NCBI GenBank assembly: GCA_964016885.1
Contig: OZ024742.1
Location: forward strand, 42,284,001-42,348,000
Length of the DNA: 64,000 bases
Direction of reading: 5' to 3'
Source of the DNA: Eledone cirrhosa
Lineage: Eukaryota
The notes under the pieces were generated by a model, which worked only from the letters and a program-made list of their open reading frames with translations, had not been told where the DNA came from and ran no database searches. A program made the translations under genes and the position numbers. This document shows, piece by piece, positions 52,536-63,904 of this stretch; within the stretch, counting starts at the first letter, position 1; every line of letters begins with the position of its first letter.

Positions 52536-55099
52536 TTCAATCAAAATTAAACATCTTTATAAAAAGAATTGAATTGGACAATTACTTTCAAACCTTGAAA
52601 TAGAGCTTAAAGAGAGAAAATTTTGACTCCAGCAATCTAAAGAAGATTATTCTTTCTCATTTAAATGTGCTTTCCACAGGTTTTTCAGATTATTTTGACT
52701 TGATGGAAAAAATATTGTTAGCAGAAATTTATGGATAAAAACCCGTCCACCGAGATCGAGCAGTTAGTGTCAGAAAATGACGCTGGAAATTGTAAAAATT
52801 TACTACCTGCACAATGCTTACATCAGTTGATGGATTTGAATTCAAACGAAGACCTGAAAGTGATATTTGAAAGCAGAAAGAAAGAACTATGGATCGACTT
52901 ATTCTTGATTGGGGAGTTTAATGAAATCAGCCAACTTGCATTGAAGTATTTGACTTTATTCCCATCTAGCTACTTGTGCGAAGGGTTTTCGCAGTTGGTG
53001 GAAATCTGCACAAAGAGGAATAAACTGTCAGCAATTGACGAGTGTATGAGACTGGCATTAACTAGTGTTGAACCTCGATTTTCTAAACTCACTGATGAGG
53101 CGCAGCAGCAGAAAAGCCATTGTGTTCGATTACATACACACGCATGAAACACTAAAATAAATAAATACTTTATTTTTTTTGAAAAGTTTTGTATTGTATA
53201 GGTTCCGTGAAGAATTCAAAATATTTAGAGGGTTCCTCGGTTTTAGAAAGGTTGGCGACCACTGCCCTAGGGGATCAAGAAAATGAATTTTTTTTATGTG
53301 CATAATATGCCTTGAAATTTCGGGAAAATCGGCTAGACGTAACGCCTCAAAAAGCCCTAAAAAGCTGAAAAAAGGAAGTTTTTCACCTAATGCAGGCCCT
53401 AGGATTTTCTTTGCTTACGGTATGAAGAAGAGACTGACTAATACATAGTTACAATTTCAAGGAAATCGGTCTGACGTAACGCCTCAAAAAACCCCTAAAA
53501 AGTTGGAAAAAAACGCAGTTTTTCACCTAATGCGGGTCTTAGGGGATGAAAAAGTTGAATAACACTCCCTGAAACATAAGTAATACACATGTAAAGTTTG
53601 AAAAAAGTCGGTTGGGTACTTCTCGAGTTTTAGGATTCAAACTCACACACACACAGACAGACACAGGGAAGTGACGTAATGCAGACAGTCAGACATACAG
53701 ACAGATATTATAAGGGCGCGACGTTATATTTATGTATCTATCTAAAAAGAGAAAGACAAAGAATTATAGAGAGAGATCGTTAAATCGCCTATTGCGGTCC
53801 CCAGGGCATTGAAAATTTGAAATTGTTTTTGCTCAGAACACTCCCTGAAACATAAGTATTACATGTGTAAAGTTTGAAAACAGTCGGTTGGGTGGTTCTC
53901 GAGTTTTAGGGATTCAAACTCACACACACACACAGACAGACATCCTCAGTTTTATATATATAGATAATTGTTTCTACTTTAGGCACAAGGCCAGCAATTA
54001 CCCAGTGCATTACTGGTACTTTATTTTATCGACCCCGTAAGGATGAAAGGCAAAGTCAACCTCAGCGGGATTTGAACTCAGATCGTAAAGAGACGTAACT
54101 ATGTTGGAAAGCATGGCGTCCGACCCTCTACCGATACTGCCAATCCACGACACTTTATATATATAGATACTTATCTCACATAATATCAAATCTATGAGAT
54201 TTTGATGTTATTTAATTTTGAGAATAATACCTTAGTGTCCATATGAGCAGCCAGTTACAGCCAGTTTGAACAGAGAGGGGTGAGAGAATTCTGGCCGGAT
54301 ACAGCCGGTTTAAATGCTAAAGGGTTAAATGGAACAAAAATATATTTAGTGAGAGAATATATCCACATAAAGTTTTATAAAGTTTTATTAATACACCTTA
54401 TCTCATGTGTTCAATTCCTGGCCACATCATTTCATATTGTTTTTCATAATACATAAAACACCCAAGGAACCTTCTTTGATATGCAATCTCACATGAAGGT
54501 AGCTAAACCTGCACAGGTGTGAGCTGTAAATTTAATTCCATTTTTTTTTATCTTGTATGTAGTACTACTCACTTATGGAAATACTGATTTAGAACAAATA
54601 AAAGTATTTGGTGCACTCTGAGCATATTGTTACAAAAATGTATTTATATATTTTAGCCTATAAATATAAATAACTTAACCCTTTAGCATTTACATTACTC
54701 TATATTTACTATCATATTTTTATGGTAAAGGCTTTATCTTACATAATTACCTCACATAATATCAACTCTATCAGATTTTTATATTATTTATTTTGAGAAC
54801 AATACCTTAGCATTAGTATGAACAGAAAGAAGTGAGAGAATTCTGGCCGGATGGCCGTTTAACAGGAAATTATTTTGTGCTTATTTTTTCAGTTTATATT
54901 TTTTACATTTTTTAAATATAATTTTATTCTCTGAGTGTACTTAACTATATTTTGTAGTACACCTAACCACATTTTGTACTGCAATGTTTGGGAGGCCTGA
55001 TCTAGAGGGACGTAAATTGGTATAACTAAATACTGCAAATATTTGGTCTCATTTTGAATTTTTACTAAATTTGATGAATCCCCCTTTTTCTCTTTCAAG

Positions 55100-55226
55100 G
55101 TTGTGATAGTGGATTTGGTTTTGCAATTGCTAAAAAATTGGATAGCATTGGTATGAAAGTGTTAGCTGGCTGTCTGGATCAGTTTGGTACAGGAGCAACA
55201 GACTTAAAAACATCTTGTTCAGAAAG
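55100..55226 (+). CDS. SDR9C-like dehydrogenase exon 2
   Basis: tttcaag|GT TGT...GAA AG|gtgaga; (G)CDSGFGFAIAKKLDSIGMKVLAGCLDQFGTGATDLKTSCSE(R). Confidence 0.93.
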
Positions 55227-55596
55227 GTGAGATATTTACTTATTTCTTTCCATAGACTTTTATCATAAATTAGAAGGTGAATGTGTTTCACCCATGTGTA
55301 ATATTCTTCAAAGCAGCTGTTTTTTTTTCCCAAATTTCCTTTGCTGGAAGCTAGCTGTCAAACCTTATTATCCCTCAACACTGTATCTCATCTAAAATTC
55401 TCTTCCATTCGATATTTTCCATTCATCTACTAACTTTCGGTAGATCAAATTCAATATGGACCACACAAACCATACACAATACAATTCTGATATTGCTTTC
55501 TTTAACCAAGGAATATCTAAAAGCTATGAAAACTGCTTATGCTTTTCAGATTAATGAATAAAAAGCAACTCCCTGATGGTAAGAGTTTCTGTAGGA

Positions 55597-55890
55597 CAGA
55601 GGTTCTCAAAGTGGATGCTACCACCCCTGGGGGCATTGAGCAGGTTCAGATATTAAATATCAAATGATACATATATATAAATATAGTAAAATAAAAAATA
55701 TATAATATTTATTTATACATAGTATATATATTATATTATTTATTATTTATAAATTAAAGATTTTATTTATTATATATTATTTACAATTTGCATGTAGACA
55801 AGTCACTCTGAAAATAGGGTTGGGGGCGCTGAGGGTATTACATGGCCATGGGGAGGGGGGACAGTAGCCCCAAAAGCTTGAGAACCTCTG
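55597..55890. mobile_element. hAT/Charlie-like MITE
   Basis: 13-bp TIRs CAGAGGTTCTCAA / TTGAGAACCTCTG; TSD not preserved; related partial copies at 43475-43690 and ~17155-17300 (inverted). Confidence 0.75.
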
Positions 55891-56148
55891 GCCATTGGAG
55901 CACTGCTGTAGACATTGTCTCATCTATATGAAGTAAACCAAGAACAAGTTAATGTTTAGCTCCAGTTAAGCATGTTTAGCTGCATGTTAATGAAACATTT
56001 GTCAGTTTTACAAGCTTTCTACTGGGATAATTGTAAACTATATCAACTGTTCTGTTGAGAGTAAATATTTAATACTGAAAGTACTGTTGATGTAACCCAA
56101 ACTTCCATCTGTTTGATAAACAGTACCTAATTGAATCAACTGACAGCA

Positions 56149-56225
<77 letters not shown>

Positions 56226-56829
56226 GTTCTTATTTAGTCTTATTTTGTAAGACTGTCTTGTACCCAACTACTGAAATTTTGAAAATATTTTGTTGAAATT
56301 TATATAATTTAATATCAGGTTCTTTTAAAACCAATATGGTAAACATTTTGGTAATGATTGGCAGTATCGGTAGAGGGTCGGACGCCATGCTTTTGACGCA
56401 TAGAGTTACGGCCCTTGCCATTCTGAGTTCAAATCCCGCCGAGGTTAACTTTGCCTTTCATCCTTATGGGGTTGATAAAATAAAGTACCAGTAATACACT
56501 GGGTAATTGCTGGCCTTGTGCCAAAAGTAGAAACAATTATTTTATGTGGTGAGTAACTGGCAGAATCAGTAGAACACTAGACAAAATATTTTGTGAAGTT
56601 TGGTATCATCTCTGTCTGTTTTGTATTTCAGCTCCACCCACGTTCACTTTCTCTCATCTTTCTAACGTTGAGTACTGTGGTTGATGAAACCAGTAAAAGA
56701 ATGTATTTTTGTGTTGTTATATTTGGAGATGGTCATTTTGCCAATAAACACACACACACACACACACACACACACTTTTTTACTTTTACTTTAGCTTTAT
56801 TATCTTTAGTTGTTGGTTATTTTGTCAAA

Positions 56830-57622
56830 GGAATGTATCATGTAAATAGAATTTAATAAAAACAGAAAATTTAGATTGAGAAGAAAGAATGGAATCTAAA
56901 ATAGGAAAATATAAAGAAAAAAGACAAAAAAAAAACCCAGAAAAGGGAGAGAATGGCAATGACTCTAGTATCACAGAAGAGTGGGGAGGGGAGGATGATT
57001 GGACCTAGGGCTCAGTGGTAAAAGGGCTGTGCCCCATGGACAAGACCACAGAAGCATTCCCACAGACAATGGCCAGTGATACCTGCTGCAACAGCCACCC
57101 TATCTCACGGGGCTCCTTCTTCAGATGGGCCGCCGACATTCTGATCTTGCAGAGGAGCTCAGTTGTATCATCATCATTTCATCATTTCATTTTACGTCCG
57201 CTTTTTCCCTGCTTGCAAGGGTGGGACGGGAACTGATTCTGGCTTGATTTCTACAGCTGGATGCCCTTCCTAACACCAACCTCATTTACAGTGAGTGCTG
57301 GGTGCTTTTTTGCCGTGGCACCTCCACGACCACTTTTGCAGTGGAATGATAGGGACCCCAGCCCCTATCATCTCATTTCTACAGCTGAGTAAACTGGAGC
57401 AATGTGAAATAAAGTGTCTTGCTCAAGGAAACAACACATCACCCGGTCTGAGAATTGAACTCACAACCTTTCGATTGCAAGGCCAATGCTCTAACCACTA
57501 AGCCATGTGCCTCCATGGGGGTCCAAATACGTCTGAGGTCTTGACAGTGACTGGTGCGAAGAGGAAATGGCCAGACAATCCCCGGTATTTGTTTACCTTC
57601 TTTTCCTCTGCAAGAAGGGCTG
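56830..57622 (-). mobile_element. 3' fragment of a CRE-like (RLE-type) non-LTR retrotransposon, split by a family-B SINE
   Basis: Minus strand ALLAEEKKVNKYRGLSGHFLFAPVTVKTSDVFGP [SINE] TTELLCKIRMSAAHLKKEPREIGWLLQQVSLAIVCGNASVVL..*, fitting the AExxKxxKY / FxPxxxET / QRxSLAIxRGNA pattern of CRE-clade endonuclease C-termini. Confidence 0.7.
57168..57516 (-). mobile_element. Full-length SINE family B
   Basis: Reverse-complement match to 52198-52535 over its whole length. Confidence 0.9.
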
Positions 57623-60606
57623 TGTTTTTCATCACATATTCTGTGATTTATTTGTTTTTCTTCACAGAGAACAACAACAAATAGTGATTGAGGAGGTCAC
57701 AGAATATGTGGCGAAAGAGTTTTGATAAAATAACCAACAGCTAATAATAATAAAGCTGATATGAAAGTCAAATAGTGCATGTTTTTTATTGGCAAAATGA
57801 CTATCCCCAAATATAACAATATCCGTTTCAACACATGGTTCCACATCAAGAATCTTGCAAAACAAATACATTTTATATTGTCTTTTTTTTTCAAGCCAAT
57901 GATATTTATTTTAAGATGTAGTTACCTATAATTCTCTCAAATGTTTGTCATTATTTTCTCCAGGTTAGTAAGAAGGCAAATAAAAGCTAACTTCATAGCT
58001 CAAATGTTAAATAGCTAAAGCCATATATCAAAACTGAATTATGTACATGATATGTCTACTTTCCCATGGTGGTATGAGATAGATGAGACTTTCTCAAGCA
58101 GTATATTTCTATGACCAAACCATGCTTTATTTTCAATTATCGTATATACACTCTAAACCCATGCTAGCATGGAAGATAGACATTACATGATGATGATGAT
58201 GATGACACTGCTGACATTGTATTCTTAAGCTGTAGTATTGTTTATGCTGGACCTCAACAAGTCTCACAACTCCAAACAGCTTTAATATGAAGATGCCATG
58301 TCGAAACACAAGCATGCACGCGCATCATCATCATCGTTTAACGTCCATATTCCACGCTTGCATGGGTTTGGACGGGGGTTTTCCCACTTGAGGCAAGAGT
58401 GGTTGTCTTGCTCGCATAGGACTGTCTGGCGGGTTTTCTACGGCTGGATGCCCTTCCTAACACCAACCACATTTACAGTGTGGAACTGGGAGGTTTTTAC
58501 CGTGTTACCTACACGGCCACATTATAGCGTGGACTGTGTGTTTTTTTGTTGTGACACCTACACGACCTCATTTGTTTCATACATTGGGCATTAGTCTGCT
58601 GATCTACATATCTTCAGGAATACAAATCTTGCCATAACCATCAACATAAAAACATGCAAAGAGGTAAAAAGTAACTTCATATTACAATATATATATAATT
58701 GAAGTATTTCCGTAGGAAAGGTAAAGGAAAAGAGTGCTCTTATTTTTCCCCTTTGCATTATGTCCAGTATTTTATTTCAGCCTCGCTTTCATTTATACTA
58801 GAATCTGTTTTGAAATCCATATCTCACTTCCATTTTAATAAAATTCATTTCATTCTGATGATTGAAAGCAGACGTATGTGCCAAGCTCGTCTATCTTCGT
58901 GAAACCTTTGGTAAATGAAATCTTATGTTGTTTATTACATAACTATATATATATATATATATATATATAAAAGTTTAACCCTTTAGCATTCACATTACTC
59001 TATATTTACTACTGTATTTTCACAGAAAAGGCTTTATTTAACATAATATTGAATCTATGAGATTTTGATATTATTTATCTTGAGAACAATACCTTAATGT
59101 CAGTAAGAGCAGCTTGTTAATCATACAACCATGCTTGCATTTACATTTTGCTTTATTACAATTATACATTGCTTTTATGTGAGACATTCTACTTGCTTCA
59201 GTTCTCTTTAGCTAAAAACAAACACCATTTTGAGCTGATGATGTTTTGTGGAGTTGGGCTATGTGATTGCTCAACCTCTCCAAACTTGTAACCAAATTTT
59301 TCTCAAATTACATTCTATCATCTTAAAAAAGTTGAACACATTGGATGGTATTGTTCTGTGATGGTCATGGCTGAAAAATCTTTGATCATAAGTCTGCTTG
59401 ATCGGAGCTGATCACCACCATGATAATGACATGTACCAGCAAACCAACAATGACACTTTATATGGTCGTTTTACCTGCTAGAAATAGCAGCTGAATATCC
59501 CTCAAATTATACTCCACCCTTGGCATAAGGAAGGGACACATTTGTTCATGTAGTCCTCCATGCATCTAAAAAGACGATGGTCATGGCTGGAATGCATTCA
59601 ATCTTATGTCTGCTTGATTTGAGTTGACCTGGGGCTAAATAACATTGCTTTTCGTCCATTTTTCCATGCTGGCATGGGTTGGATGGGTTGAGACTGGACA
59701 GGTAGGAGAACCTTGTTTTACTTATGTTCTATTTTTGGCATAGTTTCAACAGCTGGATGCCCTTCCTAATGCTAACCACTTTACAGAGTCTACTGGGTGC
59801 ATTTTATCATGGCACCATCACTATGTTGAGTGTAATTGGTTTTAGGAAGTTTCCACTTATAAAAACTGCTGTTCCAATAATTTATGCAAATATTCATGTA
59901 AACAATTTATTAGTGGGGGAAAAAAATGGTCAAAATATATTTTATAAAACAAGAGCAAGTATTAAGTTCTTAGAAAGTTTTATGTCAGGTATCAGTGTAA
60001 CAGTAAGAACATAAAATTATTACATAATGTTATGGTGATTGTTAAAATTGGCAACTTCTCTCAAATTAATAAGGAAGCTTCTTTGTAGTTGCTCAGGATG
60101 TTAGAAATAGCAGCCAAATTCCCTTAAATCACACTGTACTGTTTTAAATAAGGAAGGAAGTCTTATGTTAAGATTAGCAACTTCTCTCAATCCAACAATG
60201 GAGCTTCTGTGCAGTTGTTCAATCTGTTAGAAATAGCAATTGAAAGTACTGAGGGAGTTTCTTCCTTAAAACAGGAAGAACACATTGGATAATGTAGTTA
60301 TAGATGTTTAAAAAATAGGATGGTCATGGCTGCTAAGATTCTACTATACTAAGTTGTTTATTTTAAAGTGTGTATGTTTACCTAAAAACCTTCCTTGGTA
60401 ATTTTATGTAAGAACATCAGCTTAATGATGAGAAAGTTCATTATATTACTAAATCTCTTAATTATTTTCAAAATTCATTAAAAATCATAGACATTTTATA
60501 TTTTTTATTAGAAAAATTAATGAAATGAAATTTAAGCTTACACCTATGTAAATTTAGCTGGCTTCCTACAAGCTTTTATCTCATAAGTTTCTCAAGTGTT
60601 TTAACC

Positions 60607-60906
60607 CTTTTGGGTATAAGAAGGATAAGTTGTGGTGTGCAGGAGAGAAGGCTGAGATGGTATGGACATGTGATGCACATGGAGGTTGACCGCTGGGCAA
60701 AGAAGTGCCAAGAAATCCCAGTAGAAGGAAGACGCAGTAGAGGTAGACCACGTAAAACATGGGCGGAGGTGGTGAGAGCAGACATCAGATCGCTGGAACT
60801 CACCAAGGAGATGACGAAGGACCGTGACAAGTGGAGAGATGCTCTGCTGAATAGGACCCGTCCAACCCTTGCAAGCAAGGAACAGCGGACGTAAAATGAT
60901 GATGAT
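60607..60906 (+). mobile_element. RTE LINE 3' end
   Basis: GIRRISCGVQERRLRWYGHVMHM...VEGRRSRGRPRKTWAEVVRAD...; ends GGACGTAAAATGATGATGAT. Confidence 0.9.
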
Positions 60907-61384
60907 TATTCTATATATACTATTATATTTTCACAGTAAAGGTTTTACTTCACATAATATCGAATCTATGAGATTTTGATATTATTTATTTTGAGAACAA
61001 TACCTTAACGTCAGTATGAGCAGCCAGTTACAGCTGTTTTGAACAGAGAATTCTGAAAGAATTCTGGCTGGACACAGCCAGTTTAAATGCTAAAGGGTTA
61101 ATGATAGGTGCCTCACTCCTGTCAAGGAAAGCAACGTGAAATAAAATTTCTTGCTCAAGAACGTGCCATCCAGTCCACAAATTGAACCCATGACCTGATG
61201 ATTTTAATCCATCACCCTAACCAGTAGGCTGCATACCTTCTTTAACAATGTGGTAACATAATAGTTAAATGAGATTTTTTCTCTTATCTCAGATGTTTGG
61301 TTACTTTTAATGATCTATAACTGTTTATTCATTGTAATTAACAATTGGAGTGATTATAATTAAACATCTATCCTGTCTGTTTAG

Positions 61385-61470
61385 GTTAGTAATATTACAA
61401 TTGGATGTTACAAACCATAATGATATTGAAAAAGCAAAAAGCTATATACAGGAATTAGTTGGAGAAGATG
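61385..61470 (+). CDS. SDR9C-like dehydrogenase exon 3
   Basis: tttag|G TTA...GAT G|gtaagt; (R)LVILQLDVTNHNDIEKAKSYIQELVGED (LDVT motif). Confidence 0.93.
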
Positions 61471-63904
61471 GTAAGTATTCCTTTAGGTTTTTGCATTTAA
61501 TTTTTCTGTTTCTTGTTGTTTAGACTAAGGTAAGCCCTGATTGAAGAAACCTGTGATAAAATGCATTTCTATCTGACCATCTCATAATTTGTTTTTCCAG
61601 ATATAGTGTATCTCATGTAACTGCATGTATTAAGAGATGACTAAAAGGGTTGGGGCCAGGAAGGGCATCTGGCTGTAAAACATTGCTTCAAAAAGGACCC
61701 CATAATGAATATAAAATCTATCATGGGGCTTGCTACATAAATCCCTATTTTAACAAATGTAGTGTATATGGGACGATATTATCCAAGATGTCTTTCGATT
61801 TTTTTTGATTTTTTTATTTTTTTAATTTTTTTTTTTTAAATAGAAGTGTGTGTGTGTGATTTGAGGGAGAATTGGCTGTTAATTTTTGCAGGTCAAGTGA
61901 CCGTGTAAGCTCCTGTATTGTTGTTGGCTTTAGTCATTCGTAATAAAGGAAATATCTCACATCATCCTACTGCACAAGTAATGATGCTATCACCCAGTCC
62001 ATGTCAGTTCAGAAAAAACATCTTTTTAACAGTTTAATCAGCGAGGTATGGCAGTGCTCAGGACATTTTTCAGGGCCTTTGAGACTGGTAGTGGAGAGGG
62101 AGAAAAGTATCTTGAAACTGCACTCCACCATAGGCACTTAAGGGCCAGCTGGTGATGCTAAACTGGACAACATATTAAATCTACTATCCAATAAACCACA
62201 GCGGAATTTAGTTAGAATACAAAGAGCTGAAATAAATACTGCAAGGCATCTCATCTGATGATTTAACTATTCATTACCATGGATTGGTATTTCATTTTAT
62301 TGACCCCAAAACAAAGTTGACTTTGTTGGGATTTGAAGTCAGAGTACAAATAGCTGGAAGAAGCACCACAAAGCATTTTATCCTTCACTTTTAATGTTGG
62401 TAAAATAAATGTTCTTTGTATGCTTTGCTTTTTAGTATCTAAACATAAATCTCTTTCTTCTAAAGATAGTGCTGTTTTTCTAAATTATTAATTTTCAGAT
62501 AGAATTATTAGGGTGTCGGAGAACTGCTTCATGGTATTTTTTTATAGCTTTTTACATTCTGAGTTCAAATCCTGCTGAAGACAACTTTGTCTTTCATTGT
62601 TTTGTGGGGTTGATTAAATATAGTACCAGTCAAATTCTGGGATTGATTTATTCGACTTTCTTCCCTTTTCCCCCTCTCCCAAAATTACTAGTCTTGTGCT
62701 TAAAGTAAAAATAATTTTTAACCCTTTAGCATTTACATTACTCTATATTTACTATTGTATTTTCATGGTAAAGGCTTTATCTTACATATTGAATCTATGA
62801 GATTTTGATTATTATATATTTTGAGAACAATGCTTTAACATCTGAGTGGCTGGTTTAAATGCTAAAGGGTTAATTGAAAGGCAAACCCTGGTAAATATGA
62901 CTGTCAACCACATATGTCTTTGTTTTTATCATATTTTTTTTATAACTGAACTGTCCTGTGTAATACCATTAGTTTTTTAAAATGCTAGAGTTGTAGGAGT
63001 GGAATGCCTGTGTCTGTTTATCATTAGGTATGCGTAACACAATATGGTTTTCCTAAGTTGGTGCTTGTGGTGGGGGTGCAAAAGGGATTGGTTTAAAGCT
63101 TCTGCAAGTTTAAATTATACTTGTGAATGCATTTCATCCTTTTCAAACCTAACTTCCTGAAACCACTCCTAGTTATATGATACAATGTTGTTTATTTTAA
63201 AGTATTTTTATCAGTATAAAATCCTAGGGTCGGACGCCATGCTTTGCAGCATAGAGTTACGCCCTTTACGATGTGAGTTCAAATCCCTCTATGGTAAAAT
63301 TTGCCTTTCATCCTTACGGGGACGATAAAATAAAGTACCAGTAATGCACTGGGATAATTGCTGGCTTTGTGCCAAAAATAGAAATAATTATTTTGAGTTC
63401 AAACCCTGCCACGGTTAACTTTGCCTTTCATCCTTATGGGGGTAAATAAAATAAAGTACCAGTAACACACTGGGGTTGATTCAATTGACTTTCTCCTCAC
63501 CCAAAATTGTTGGCCTTGTGCCTAAATCAGAAGCCATTATTTTTGACTTTGCCTTTCATCCTTATGGGGTCGATAAAATAAAGTACCAGTAATGCACTGG
63601 TTAATTGCTGGCCTTGTGCCTAAAGTAGAAACAATTATTTTATGTAAAAGCCTTTGTTATGCTCCTAGCACCATCTTAAGAATAAGGAAGTTAGTTATAT
63701 TACTAAATCTCTCTAATTTCTTGATTATTTTCAAAATAATATGAAAATCATAAGCAGTGTATTTCATTAGGGATATAGTGAAAGAGTTAGATAAATATGG
63801 ATACGTAGAAAATGTCCAATTTGTTTTGTTTTTTTCTCTCTTTTAGTTGATAGGAAATTTAAATAAATGGTTGTTGTAATAACATATTTCTCCTTACTCT
63901 ACAG

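Larger units (their letters stand above)
50506..53147 (+). pseudogene. Buster-type hAT transposase, frameshifted, interrupted at 51741-52535
   Basis: BED-like CLLCSKVLSN..LNPAKL..H; LSANTVKRRI; VDETTD; ITTDGAATMTG; IHCMIHRE; VRWLS; LAYLVDIF..LN; FPSSYLCE.GFS; QxSH C-terminus. Confidence 0.92.
49156..53264 (+). mobile_element. hAT DNA transposon, Buster/Charlie group, full-length but inactivated
   Basis: Perfect 14-bp TIRs CAGTGGTCGCCAAC / GTTGGCGACCACTG; perfect 8-bp TSD CCCTAGGG (49148-49155, 53265-53272) of NNNTANNN type; subterminal GGTTCCG repeats. Confidence 0.95.
48957..53964 (-). mobile_element. Non-autonomous Helitron (about 0.9 kb without the hAT insert), inserted in a TTAA MITE
   Basis: Minus-strand 5' TCTATATATATAAAACTGAGGATG at 53964; 3' CCCGTGCAACACCGGG hairpin + CTAG ending at 48957; A|T target with no TSD; MITE sequence resumes at 54168. 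Confidence 0.85.

Noticed and set aside
56038-56223. ORFs with ER, YI or HT dipeptide runs (also 20596-20849, 35825-36052)
   Set aside because: Translations of dinucleotide microsatellites.
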